In this document: in pieces, positions 30,890 to 40,561 of the stretch
Position numbering within the stretch: position 1 is the stretch's first letter
Layout of the letters: each line of letters begins with the position of its first letter
Origin: Alphaproteobacteria bacterium
GTDB lineage: Bacteria; Pseudomonadota; Alphaproteobacteria; Rs-D84
NCBI GenBank assembly: GCA_033345195.1
Contig: JAWPOE010000008.1
Location: forward strand, 112,940-176,939
DNA: 64,000 nt
Direction of reading: 5' to 3'
Made by a program: the position numbers and the translations under genes
Notes under the pieces: generated by a model
Database searches by the model: none
What the model saw: only the letters and a program-made list of their open reading frames with translations
Told to the model about the DNA's origin: nothing

Positions 30890-33130
30890 ATGAATTTGCT
30901 TATCGTGGAATCACCGTCCAAGGCGAAAACGATTGAAAAATATTTGGGGCAGGGCTGGCGTGTTATCGCGTCTGTTGGTCATGTTCGCGATTTAGTGCCA
31001 GAAAATGGCAGTGTTGACACAGAAAATAATTTCAAAATGAAATGGCAAATTATGCCGGGTAAAGAAAAACAAATTAAATTAATAACAGACGAATTAAAAA
31101 AAGCAGATGCAGTATACTTGGCAAGCGACCCTGACCGCGAAGGAGAGGCCATTGCATGGCACCTGTTGGATATTTTGAAAAACAAAAAACTGTTAAAAGA
31201 TAAAAAAGTTTATCGTGTTGCGTTCCATGAAATTACAAAAAAAGCAGTGCAGGCTGCAATCGAAAACCCACGTGAAATTGATCAAAATTTGGTTGATGCA
31301 TACTTGGTACGACGCGCGTTGGATTATCTGATTGGGTTTGGTATTTCACCATTATTATGGCGCAGAAATTTGGGTAAATCTGCCGGACGCGTTCAATCAG
31401 TTGCGGTTAAGTTGGTTGTCGACCGCGAAAAAGAAATCGAATCTTTTAAACCGGTTGAATATTGGTCATTGGAATCGGTGTGCACGGCAGAATCTGTGGA
31501 CTTTAAGGCGATGCTGACAAAATTCAATGGTCAAAAAATTGAAAAAATGACCATTGAAAACAAAGAATTTATGGATAATATTTTATCGTCAATTGGAACG
31601 CCTGAAATCAATGCCAGTGTCATTAATATAGAAAAGAAAAAAACACAGCGAAAGCCAACTGCACCATTTACCACTTCAACCCTGCAACAGGAAGCGGCGC
31701 GTAAACTTTACTTTGCATCAAAACGTACAATGAGTGCGGCACAAAAACTCTACGAACAGGGTTTAATTACATATATGCGTACAGACGCGACAAACCTGAA
31801 CGCAGATGCAGTTAATGAAATTAGAAACTTTATTGCACGTGAATATGGTGAAAACTTTGTTCCAAAAACACCAAATATATATGCAACAAAATCTAAAAAT
31901 GCCCAAGAAGCACACGAAGCAATTCGCCCAACACATTTTGATGCACCTGCAAAGAATCTGAGTGGGGACGAGGCAAAATTATACGATTTAATTTGGAAAC
32001 GTACAATTGCATGTCAAATGTGTAACGCAGAATTTGATTCGGTCGCCGCGGATATCGAAACTGAAAACAAAGTTGGTGTATTTCATGCAGTTGGTACAAC
32101 ACGTACTTTTGATGGTTTTATGAAAGTTTATACCGAAGATAAAGATGACGAAGAAGATAAAAAAGATTCTAAATTACCACCACTGAATATCGGTGATAAA
32201 ATCGCAATCAAAGAATTAAAACCAGAACAACATTTTACACAACCACCTGCACGATATACCGAAGCGTCTTTGGTAAAAAAACTGGAAGAATTGGGAATTG
32301 GTCGACCATCAACATATGCAACAATTATGTCAACGATTGTTGACCGTGCATATGTCGAACAAGATAAACAGCGTCGATTCCACCCAACAAATGGCGGTTG
32401 GGTTATCGCATCATATCTGAATAAATATTTTACAGAATTGGTGGATGTAAACTTTACCGCAAAAACAGAAGATACACTGGACGATGTGTCAAATGGCAAG
32501 CAAAAGAAAATCACCGCCCTGGAAAACTTTTGGAAACCAACCAGTGAAATGATTGATGGCGCGCGTGGAATCAAAACATCTGATATCATCGATGAAATTA
32601 ACGAATTTATGAACAACCACTTGTTCCCTGATGGTAATACAGTTTGTCCAGAATGTGGTGGAAAATTGGGTATAAAATTATCAAAATTTGGTGCATTTAT
32701 CGGTTGTGAAAAATATCCAAATTGCAAATATACAAAACAATTATCAAAGAATGATAATTCTGCGCAGACCACAGAATCCGCTGTACAGAACGTAAAATCA
32801 GATACAGTTGAACTGGGTGACGGTATTGAATTCCGTGTTGGAAAATTTGGTCCATATGTCACAGATGGTGCAAAAAATGTTGCAGCAAAACAGTATAATA
32901 ACGAAACTATTACACTGGAAATTGCACGTGAATTGTTGGCAAATGCCGGCAAAAAGGCAGAACCAATTAAAATTGGTGAAAATCCAGATACGAAAAAAAT
33001 GATATTCTATTATCCAACCGGACGATATGGCGCGTATATTTCATCAAATCGTGTTAATGTTTCTGTTGCAGAACAACCAGATTTAGAAACAGCAATAAAA
33101 CTGATAAATAACAAGGCAAAGAAAAAATAA
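30890..33130 (+). CDS. topA: DNA topoisomerase I
   Basis: TOPRIM N-terminus MNLLIVESPSKAKTIEKYLG and a C-terminal Zn-ribbon CPECGGKL...CEKYPNC. Start at the ATG at 30890. Confidence 0.9.
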   Translation: MNLLIVESPSKAKTIEKYLGQGWRVIASVGHVRDLVPENGSVDTENNFKMKWQIMPGKEKQIKLITDELKKADAVYLASDPDREGEAIAWHLLDILKNKKLLKDKKVYRVAFHEITKKAVQAAIENPREIDQNLVDAYLVRRALDYLIGFGISPLLWRRNLGKSAGRVQSVAVKLVVDREKEIESFKPVEYWSLESVCTAESVDFKAMLTKFNGQKIEKMTIENKEFMDNILSSIGTPEINASVINIEKKKTQRKPTAPFTTSTLQQEAARKLYFASKRTMSAAQKLYEQGLITYMRTDATNLNADAVNEIRNFIAREYGENFVPKTPNIYATKSKNAQEAHEAIRPTHFDAPAKNLSGDEAKLYDLIWKRTIACQMCNAEFDSVAADIETENKVGVFHAVGTTRTFDGFMKVYTEDKDDEEDKKDSKLPPLNIGDKIAIKELKPEQHFTQPPARYTEASLVKKLEELGIGRPSTYATIMSTIVDRAYVEQDKQRRFHPTNGGWVIASYLNKYFTELVDVNFTAKTEDTLDDVSNGKQKKITALENFWKPTSEMIDGARGIKTSDIIDEINEFMNNHLFPDGNTVCPECGGKLGIKLSKFGAFIGCEKYPNCKYTKQLSKNDNSAQTTESAVQNVKSDTVELGDGIEFRVGKFGPYVTDGAKNVAAKQYNNETITLEIARELLANAGKKAEPIKIGENPDTKKMIFYYPTGRYGAYISSNRVNVSVAEQPDLETAIKLINNKAKKK

Positions 33131-34749
33131 TGGCACCAGACAGGTTTAGTTATAAAAACTTTACTGATGAATTACGTGAACGATTGTCAATCGTTGATGT
33201 TGTAGGACGTCGTGTGCCACTGACAAAAAAAGGACAAAATTATTGGGGTTGCTGTCCGTTTCATAATGAAAAAACACCCAGTTTCTGTGTCAGTGAAGAA
33301 AAAGGCTTTTGTAAATGCTTTGGTTGTGGTGAAAGTGGTGATATTATTTCGTTCACAATGAAAATTAATAATATGGATTTTAAGTCCGCAATCGAAGAAC
33401 TGGCAAACATGGCGGGCTTAAAAATGCCAGAATATAAACCACGCGACCCAAAGATTGTTCAACGCGAAGAATCACTGTTTGATATTTGTGAAAAAGCAGC
33501 ACAAACATATGCCGAAAAATTATTTACGCCAGAGGCATCACATGCCCTTGCATACGTTAGAAATCGTGGCTTTGACGATGATATGATAAAAAAATATCGT
33601 ATCGGTTATGCACAAAAAAATAATATAATTGCAAATAAATATGCATCATCAAAAAATTTGATTGATTCGGGTCTTTGTCGTCGTGGCGAATTTGGAATGT
33701 ATGATTTCTTTCGCGATAAGTTAATGTTCCCAATCTTTAATGCCAAGGGTCGTGTGGTCGCGTTTTCTGGACGTTCGCTGGATGGGTCAGAACCAAAATA
33801 TATTAACACAACAGATACAGAAATTTTCCACAAACGTAAAACTGTATTCGGGTTGAATTTTGCACGTGATGCAATTCATCGCGCAAATCGCAGTATCGTT
33901 GTCGAAGGACAAATTGACGCAATAAAAATGCAGGTAAATGGTTTCCCAGAAACAGTTGCGCCACTTGGAACTGCATTAACCGAAGACCATATTGCACTGT
34001 TATGTAAATCAAACAGAAATATAACATTTTGTTTTGACGGTGACGGGGCAGGGCAAAAGGCCGCAGGGCGCGCATGTGGAATTGTTATGCCATTCTTGCG
34101 CGATACATCTGATATAAAATTTGCATTTGTATCAGGGGGTAAAGACCCAGATGAAATCTTAAAAACCGGTGGTGTGGACGCCATGCGAAAAATAATAGAC
34201 GATGCAATACCATTGGTTGATTTCTTGTGGGGATTGGCAAATAAAAATTATATTGTTTCAACGCCGGGTGGACGCGCCCAGGCAGAAAAATTCATAGACG
34301 CACAATTGGAAAAAATTGCGGATGCAGATTTGCGTAAACACTATAAACAAGAATATGACAAGCGGAAATTTCAAAACTGGCAAAGTTGGAAAAAGCCGGC
34401 AAAAACCGTAAATATAAAATTGCCTGATATTGATGCAATTACAAAAAATACACTGATTTATATTGTGAATACTTTCCCAGAGTTGGCAGAACGTTATTTG
34501 GAATTCTTGGGTACATTGGGGGTTGATTTTGATGGAACGGCACCAGAACTAAATCTGGACGTTGCGGCGGCAGAAAAGTATATTGTTTCACTAAAATTGC
34601 AACGGTATCTGGAAAAATTAAATATGCAAAAACGCGAACTGACCACACAAATGTTATCTGGGGATGAAAGTGTACGTGATGAAATCAGCCGTATAGACGA
34701 TGAAATTGAAAAATATAAAGAAAAATTAGAAGTTTTGATATCTATTTAG
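33130..34749 (+). CDS. dnaG: DNA primase
   Basis: CHC2 zinc finger CCPFHNEKTPSF...CFGCG, TOPRIM domain. Confidence 0.9.
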   Translation: MAPDRFSYKNFTDELRERLSIVDVVGRRVPLTKKGQNYWGCCPFHNEKTPSFCVSEEKGFCKCFGCGESGDIISFTMKINNMDFKSAIEELANMAGLKMPEYKPRDPKIVQREESLFDICEKAAQTYAEKLFTPEASHALAYVRNRGFDDDMIKKYRIGYAQKNNIIANKYASSKNLIDSGLCRRGEFGMYDFFRDKLMFPIFNAKGRVVAFSGRSLDGSEPKYINTTDTEIFHKRKTVFGLNFARDAIHRANRSIVVEGQIDAIKMQVNGFPETVAPLGTALTEDHIALLCKSNRNITFCFDGDGAGQKAAGRACGIVMPFLRDTSDIKFAFVSGGKDPDEILKTGGVDAMRKIIDDAIPLVDFLWGLANKNYIVSTPGGRAQAEKFIDAQLEKIADADLRKHYKQEYDKRKFQNWQSWKKPAKTVNIKLPDIDAITKNTLIYIVNTFPELAERYLEFLGTLGVDFDGTAPELNLDVAAAEKYIVSLKLQRYLEKLNMQKRELTTQMLSGDESVRDEISRIDDEIEKYKEKLEVLISI

Positions 34750-34832
34750 TGGATTATTATAAAATACATTTTCCCGGATTTTTTGAACATTTTTATCAAA
34801 AAAGCCGGGATTTTTTTATTGAATTGATTTAT

Positions 34833-34881
34833 CCACTACCCCGGCGCATACGCGCCACCCCTTCGCCAGCGAAGGGGATTA
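34833..34881 (+). repeat. 49-bp palindromic intergenic element, copy 1 (ccactaccccgNcgcatNcgcgccaccccttcgccagcgaaggggatta), overlapping the ychF stop codon
   Basis: A near-identical copy lies at 61132..61180. Contains two hairpins: GGCGC-atac-GCGCC and CCCCTTCG-ccag-CGAAGGGG. Confidence 0.8.
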
Positions 34882-35958
34882 ATTATTAAACAAGAAGTGG
34901 CAGATGTCGCCGGGTTGCATTACATAATCGCGACCAACAAGGCGCATTTTGCCGGCTTCTTTGACGGCAACCTCGCCCCCCAGCGATATAAAGTCATCTG
35001 GTGAAATTACTTCGGCACGTATGAACCCACGTTCAAAATCAGTATGGATTTTACCCGCCGCCTGGGGCGCCGTCATGCCAGTTGTGATTGTCCAGGCATG
35101 TGCCTCTTTCGGGCCAATGGTATAATATGTTTGCAGCCCCAATGTTTTATAACCTGTCTTGATAACCTGGTCCAGACCGGATTCAGTCAGCCCCAAATCA
35201 TCCAAAAACATTTTGCGTTCATCGGGATCAACAATCTGTGATATTTCCATTTCTATTTTTGATGAAATTACCAACACATCATTTGTTGCACCAAATTTCT
35301 GTTTTACCATGTCTGAATATTTATTGCCGGTCGCGGCAGATGCTTCTTCGACATTACAAACATATATCACAGGTTTGGTTGTTAATAAATTAAAAGGCGC
35401 GGAATCAACATCGCCCAGGCGCGCAGGTATTGATTTTTCCAAGTTTTCTTTTATAACATTTGCATCTGCCAATAATTTAATGGCATCTTTGTCCAGACCG
35501 CGTGCCTTTTTTTCAAGATTCTTTATCTGTTTTTCAATGCTTTCCAGGTCTGCCAGCATTAATTCTGTTTCAATTGTTTCAATGTCAGATAACGGATCTA
35601 TTTTTCCATGTACATGCACAATATCATCATTTTCAAAACATCTGACAACGTGAATAATCGCGTCTGTTGATAAAATATTGCCCAAGAATTTATTTCCCAA
35701 TCCTTCGCCACTGGATGCGCCCTTTACCAGGCCCGCAATATCAACAATTTCCAGTTGTGTTGGCAATATTTTTTGAGAGCCAGCCACACGCGCCAATTCG
35801 TGCAATGTTGCGTCTGGTACAACAACACGACCCGTGTTTGGTTCGATTGTACAGAATGGATAATTTTGCGCGTCTGCCGCCGCACTTTGTGTTAATGCAT
35901 TAAATAATGTAGATTTACCAACATTTGGCAATCCCACAATTCCACAATTGAATCCCAT
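34879..35958 (-). CDS. ychF: Ribosome-binding ATPase YchF (Obg-family GTPase)
   Basis: MGFNCGIVGLPNVGKSTLFNAL and a C-terminal TGS domain. Confidence 0.9.
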   Translation of the reverse strand: MGFNCGIVGLPNVGKSTLFNALTQSAAADAQNYPFCTIEPNTGRVVVPDATLHELARVAGSQKILPTQLEIVDIAGLVKGASSGEGLGNKFLGNILSTDAIIHVVRCFENDDIVHVHGKIDPLSDIETIETELMLADLESIEKQIKNLEKKARGLDKDAIKLLADANVIKENLEKSIPARLGDVDSAPFNLLTTKPVIYVCNVEEASAATGNKYSDMVKQKFGATNDVLVISSKIEMEISQIVDPDERKMFLDDLGLTESGLDQVIKTGYKTLGLQTYYTIGPKEAHAWTITTGMTAPQAAGKIHTDFERGFIRAEVISPDDFISLGGEVAVKEAGKMRLVGRDYVMQPGDICHFLFNN

Positions 35959-35985
35959 TTTAAAATCCTTTATAATGGGCATAAT

Positions 35986-36654
35986 ATGTCATACATGTGG
36001 AACGAATTCAACATAAAAACCTTTCCGGCGGAAACAATTGTTTACCGCGATGGCGTGTTTTGTCCGGAATTATCAACACTGACCAATGACCCGATAAATG
36101 ATACATTTGATTTACCGGTACATATTATATATATTGGCGAAATCGCCGGGAAAAACGATTTAAATATTAATGTCGGTACAGAAAATCAAAAAGTCGTTTT
36201 AAGTGTTAATATAAAAAATAAAAAGCCGGCTTTTTTTAACATTTTTATTAAAAACGCCGGGAAAAATTCTGAAATTAGCGGTACTGTGTTAATGGATAAT
36301 CATTCTGAATTAACATATGATTGTGTGGCACATCACTTAGATAAAAATACCGGCATTTTGATAAAAAATAAATTAATTGGCCGGAAAAATTCAAATTCAA
36401 AATTATCAGGGACTGCGATTATTGATAAAGATTGTGAAAATTGTAATTCTGATGTCGGTTTTGTCGCAATGGTGGAACAAGATGCAAAAATTGATTTTAT
36501 GCCGGCACAAAGAATTTCATCTGTCCCAATTTCAGCAGAACATAGTGCCAGTATTTATAAGCCAACAGACGCACAAATTTTATATCTGCGTCAGGCAGGT
36601 CTGGGTACCATCGAAATCGATAATGTTTTAAAAGAAGCATTTTTACAGGATTAA
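35986..36654 (+). CDS. Short SufB/SufD-family protein (SufD-like C-terminal beta-helix region only, 222 aa)
   Basis: C-terminal segment ISAEHSASIYKPTDAQILYLRQAGLGTIEIDNVLKEAF matches the conserved SufB/SufD C-terminus (..H.A.VG.lDeeqlFYLrSRG...ea..li..aF). No sufB or sufC adjacent. Confidence 0.5.
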   Translation: MSYMWNEFNIKTFPAETIVYRDGVFCPELSTLTNDPINDTFDLPVHIIYIGEIAGKNDLNINVGTENQKVVLSVNIKNKKPAFFNIFIKNAGKNSEISGTVLMDNHSELTYDCVAHHLDKNTGILIKNKLIGRKNSNSKLSGTAIIDKDCENCNSDVGFVAMVEQDAKIDFMPAQRISSVPISAEHSASIYKPTDAQILYLRQAGLGTIEIDNVLKEAFLQD

Positions 36655-36660
36655 TAATAA

Positions 36661-36692
36661 AAACCGCCAAACGGCGGTGTTTTTATTTTTTC
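36661..36692. terminator. Bidirectional rho-independent terminator (ACCGCCaaacGGCGGT flanked by A/T runs), shared by the SufD-like gene and rpmJ
   Basis: Perfect 6-bp GC-rich hairpin with T-runs on both strands. Confidence 0.7.
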
Positions 36693-36817
36693 TTAAAGCC
36701 CTGTTTCGCTTTGAACTTTGGATTGCTAGGGTCAATTAAGATAACTTGTTTACCACGACGGATTTGTTTTACATTACCGCGTTTCTTCCAAGCCTTTAAT
36801 GAACTTAAAAATTTCAT
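36683..36817 (-). CDS. rpmJ: 50S ribosomal protein L36 (bL36, Cys-less non-zinc form). 44 aa, below the ORF-track length cutoff.
   Basis: Hand translation MKFLSSLKAWKKRGNVKQIRRGKQVILIDPSNPKFKAKQGFKKK resembles E. coli YkgO/alphaproteobacterial L36 (MKV.SSL......D..I.RR.G...I.....P.FKA.QG). Confidence 0.8.
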   Translation of the reverse strand: MKFLSSLKAWKKRGNVKQIRRGKQVILIDPSNPKFKAKQGFKKK

Positions 36818-36903
36818 GACTTAATCCTTTTTACATGGCGATTATAAACATATTTTTTGAAAAATCAAATAATAATATTATTTATTGTTGTAGTTGTAGG
36901 CCC

Positions 36904-37127
36904 TGTTGAAACTGTTGAAAACTGTTTTTAGTTTTTTATTAACAGTTTTTTAACAAAAAAATCCAGGTTTTATGCGGATGTTTGTAAAAATGTTGAAAAT
37001 TAGTCAAAATAATTAACTGTTGATAAATTTGCACTTTTCAACAGATTTTAACAATTTTGGTGGTGTGTTTTTTATGCTTGTTGAAAATTGTTGAAATTGG
37101 TATAATTATCAACAGGACGGATAGAGA
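36904..37127. promoter_or_regulatory. Upstream regulatory region of virB3-virB4: at least 7 direct or inverted copies of TGTTGAAA, one TTAA-N7-TTAAC (CtrA-box-like) at 36939..36954, and a TATAAT -10 at 37101..37106
   Basis: Motif copies at 36904, 36913, 36991, 37018 (CTGTTGATAAA), 37035 (inverted TTTTCAACAG, forming a palindrome with 37018), 37079, 37089 and 37109 (inverted). Confidence 0.55.
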
Positions 37128-37424
37128 ATGAAACAACAAGTATTAAAAGCATTGGCAAATCCGGCACTGATTTTTTATGTGCCGTATTCACTGGCGGTTT
37201 TGAATTTTGCCATTCAATTTATTATTTTTATGGTGATTTTCTTTGTGTCCTTGGCGTTAACCAAGGGTAATAATCCGGTGCCACCATTATATTTTCTGAT
37301 TTCTGTTGTTGTTGTGCACTCTATAATCGCAGTGTTTGCAAAACGTGACCCACAGTTGGGACAAATTGTGTCGGCAAAAGTACAATTGTTTAAAAAGAAA
37401 ATACCAGGAAAATTAGCAGCATGA
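37128..37424 (+). CDS. virB3: Type IV secretion system protein VirB3
   Basis: About 98 aa, two TM segments, LANPALIFYVPYSLAVLNF motif similar to VirB3/RvhB3. Start codon overlaps the virB4 start. Confidence 0.75.
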   Translation: MKQQVLKALANPALIFYVPYSLAVLNFAIQFIIFMVIFFVSLALTKGNNPVPPLYFLISVVVVHSIIAVFAKRDPQLGQIVSAKVQLFKKKIPGKLAA

Positions 37425-39847
37425 AAGATATACAAGGTTTTTTTGATTATTTCGCAGGCAGTGGTTTTCCAATCACTTTGACAGTGATTGCGATGATAGT
37501 TATTTGTGTGTTTTTGGTGCTGTTGATGTATGTTCCTGTATTGACAAAAAAATTCTTTCCACGTTTTGGTTATGCAAAATATGCAAATTATCTGCCTTTT
37601 AAAACAGTTTTCAAAGATAATTCAATGTCACTGGAAGACGGCAGTTTGTTGCGTGTTTATCGTATCGCAGGTGTTCAGACCAGTATGCAAGATGATGAAA
37701 CCAAGGCAAAATTCTTGGATTTACGTACACAATTATTTAACCAAATCCGTGACCCAGGGGTTGTATTGCGTTTCTATATGGTGCGTGATGCGGCCGATGA
37801 AAATACAAACTATGAATTTAGACAGCCGACACTGCAACGTATTTATAATAAATGGCGTGGTCAGGGGTTAAAGATTTTCTTGAACAGTTATTATGTTGTT
37901 ATTTCTGTTAATGGTGGTGATGCACGTGCAAAATTAAATCAATATTGTAATTATATTGAATCAATGTTGGCGGCATATAGACCGCAATTGTTGAAAAATG
38001 ATAAAGAAGATAATATGGCGCGTTTCTTTGGTCGTATCTTGTCACCAATTTCAAAACCAGAACCAAAGACTGCTGATAATAATATCGCAAATTTGGTGAC
38101 TGTTGATGATGTAGAGTTTTTACGTAATGGACTGGTTAGATATATCAGTGGCGGAAATCAAATGTATGCGTCATTGCTGTCGTTCAAGATGTCGCCAGAT
38201 TATTTAGATGAAGAATTTTTCGATACTGTTGGAACAATACAAACTGAAATGATAACTATGAATGCGTTCCGTATTATGGGGGCGTCGGCAGTTGAAAAAA
38301 CAATTCGTCAAAGACGTATTACATCTGAATCAACACAAACATCAACAGATGAACAAATCGCCGAAGCCGAAGGCGCAATGGATGAAAATGTGTCCGGAAA
38401 TCAGAGTTTGGTAAACTATTATCCTGTATTTATTTTGTTTGGGGCAACACCAGAGGAACTGAAAAAGTATGTTGATGAATTTAAAAAGATTGCCGCGACA
38501 TTTGGTATTTCGCCAATTAATGAAACATTTGCATCAAAGGTTTCTTGGTTTTCACAAATTCCAGGGTTCGATGTTTTTCCACGCAGTTTTAAGTTATTAT
38601 CACGTACGGCGGCAATTTCAATCCCAATGTCCAGTCAACCACGCGGTATTGAAAATTCGGACTGGGGGCCGGGACCATTGGTGGTTTTCCCAACAGCCCA
38701 GGGAACACCATATCAATTTCAATTCCATGTTTCTGATAAACCGGTGGCGGTGGCACATACGCTGACAATTGGTCCAACAGGTGGTGGTAAAACAACATTA
38801 TTCTCGTTCCTGATTGCGCAGAGTTTAAGACATCAAAAGTTAAAGGCATTCTTCTTTGACCGTAATAAAGGGGCAGAAATATTTACACTGGCGGTTGGTG
38901 GTAAATATATCACAATGAATGGTAAAGAAAAAAATACCAAGAAGGATGAACAAGATTTCTTGGCGCATTTAAATCCATTAAAAATGTCTGATACGGCGGC
39001 AAATCGTGCGTTCTTGCGTCGTTGGTTTGCAATTATTTCGGGACAGTCTGATACACAATCAGCAGATGAAATCGCACGTGCAGTGTCTGTGAATTTTGAC
39101 TATTTGTCTGATAATGACAGAATGTTGAAAAATCTGTGGGAAAGCTGTTTTTCGTCGACTGGTAATATGCGACCAGCGTTGAAAAAGTGGGTTGACCCAT
39201 TGCAATATGGTGATATGTTCAATGAAACAGAAGATACACTGGATTTGCAATCAAGATTAACAACGTTTGATTTTACAGATATTTTACAAGATGAAACATT
39301 ATCCCCGGCGGTGATTTCATATATATTGCACAGAATTAATAACACAACCGTTGCCGGCGGTAATCCGTCGCTGATTATGATTGACGAAACGGCACCTATG
39401 TTGGAAAACAAGATGTTCCGTGATAACTTTATAGTTGGTTTGCAAGAAGGACGTAAAAATCGTCAGGCATATATGGTCGCGTTCCAGCGTGCAAATGTTT
39501 TAGATAAATTGGGAATTGGCGACGTGGTGCGTGGTCAGGCACAGACAGTGTTGTTCTTTCGTAATCCGGCGGCAGATGCACGTGATTATGAACATTGGAA
39601 TTTAAATCCGTTGGAAATGGCATTTATTCAGGGCAAGGCGTATCCAAACCTGAAACGTGCAGTGTTGTTATCGCGTCCGGTTAATGGGGAATCTGTGATT
39701 TTAAATACTGAATTAGGTGGTTTGGGCAATATGTTGCGATTGTTTGAATCTGGACGCTCATCTGTATTATTGGCCGAAGAATTATATAAACAGTATGGTA
39801 ATGCGTTTGTAGACGAATATCTGAAAAAGCAAGGTGCCATGGAATAA
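37421..39847 (+). CDS. virB4: Type IV secretion system ATPase VirB4
   Basis: 808 aa, Walker A GPTGGGKTT, CagE/TrbE/VirB4 family architecture. Confidence 0.9.
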   Translation: MKDIQGFFDYFAGSGFPITLTVIAMIVICVFLVLLMYVPVLTKKFFPRFGYAKYANYLPFKTVFKDNSMSLEDGSLLRVYRIAGVQTSMQDDETKAKFLDLRTQLFNQIRDPGVVLRFYMVRDAADENTNYEFRQPTLQRIYNKWRGQGLKIFLNSYYVVISVNGGDARAKLNQYCNYIESMLAAYRPQLLKNDKEDNMARFFGRILSPISKPEPKTADNNIANLVTVDDVEFLRNGLVRYISGGNQMYASLLSFKMSPDYLDEEFFDTVGTIQTEMITMNAFRIMGASAVEKTIRQRRITSESTQTSTDEQIAEAEGAMDENVSGNQSLVNYYPVFILFGATPEELKKYVDEFKKIAATFGISPINETFASKVSWFSQIPGFDVFPRSFKLLSRTAAISIPMSSQPRGIENSDWGPGPLVVFPTAQGTPYQFQFHVSDKPVAVAHTLTIGPTGGGKTTLFSFLIAQSLRHQKLKAFFFDRNKGAEIFTLAVGGKYITMNGKEKNTKKDEQDFLAHLNPLKMSDTAANRAFLRRWFAIISGQSDTQSADEIARAVSVNFDYLSDNDRMLKNLWESCFSSTGNMRPALKKWVDPLQYGDMFNETEDTLDLQSRLTTFDFTDILQDETLSPAVISYILHRINNTTVAGGNPSLIMIDETAPMLENKMFRDNFIVGLQEGRKNRQAYMVAFQRANVLDKLGIGDVVRGQAQTVLFFRNPAADARDYEHWNLNPLEMAFIQGKAYPNLKRAVLLSRPVNGESVILNTELGGLGNMLRLFESGRSSVLLAEELYKQYGNAFVDEYLKKQGAME

Positions 39848-39854
39848 TATATAA

Positions 39855-40466
39855 ATGTTAAAATATTTATTTCTGGTTTTATTTGTTCTGATTTCGTTGC
39901 CAGTGATGGCAGATTCTTGTTTAGAATACAAAAAGATGCCACGCGTTATTTTAAATACACCTGATTGGGAAAAAACAGTTGTTCAACCGCGTGTTCCAAT
40001 GGATTTATGGCATGGAAATGTTATCGCAACATTAACAGATAATTATGATATTGTTGTTGATATTAATCCAATTGATGATGGATTTTGTGTCGCATTAAAA
40101 ACGGTTGATGCGGTTGTTGGGTATAATGACTTTTTAGTTCAGATTGATATCAGGCATATCCCAGAAACATGTACGTATAATGCAGTGTTAAAACATGAAG
40201 ACAAGCATATAAAAACTTATTTATCTGTTATCGATGATTTTAAACCAGAATTACAACGGTCTATATTTTCAGCCGCAGATTCTGTAATGCCAATATTTGT
40301 TAAAACAAAAGATGATGTTGATAGGGCTGTTGATATGATTAATGCAGAATTTCAAGCACACCCTGATATGATTCTGATAAAACAAAAGATTAAGGCCGCC
40401 GAAGAAATAAAAAATAAACAAGTAGATCAGATTGAAACAGGGGATGATTTACGTAATTGTTTATAG
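39855..40466 (+). CDS. Secreted protein with an HExxH zinc-metalloprotease motif (LKHEDKHI), predicted secreted Zn-dependent protease family (COG5661/DUF922-like). 8 bp downstream of virB4.
   Basis: Signal peptide MLKYLFLVLFVLISLPVMA, HEDKH motif, about 200 aa. Confidence 0.5.
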   Translation: MLKYLFLVLFVLISLPVMADSCLEYKKMPRVILNTPDWEKTVVQPRVPMDLWHGNVIATLTDNYDIVVDINPIDDGFCVALKTVDAVVGYNDFLVQIDIRHIPETCTYNAVLKHEDKHIKTYLSVIDDFKPELQRSIFSAADSVMPIFVKTKDDVDRAVDMINAEFQAHPDMILIKQKIKAAEEIKNKQVDQIETGDDLRNCL

Positions 40467-40561
40467 TTTCTTTTAAGATTGTTTTCCTATATTTTTATAT
40501 GTTGCAAATGATGCATTTTTTCCGCTAATATCAAAATATAATATTAAGTAAGGATTTTGAT

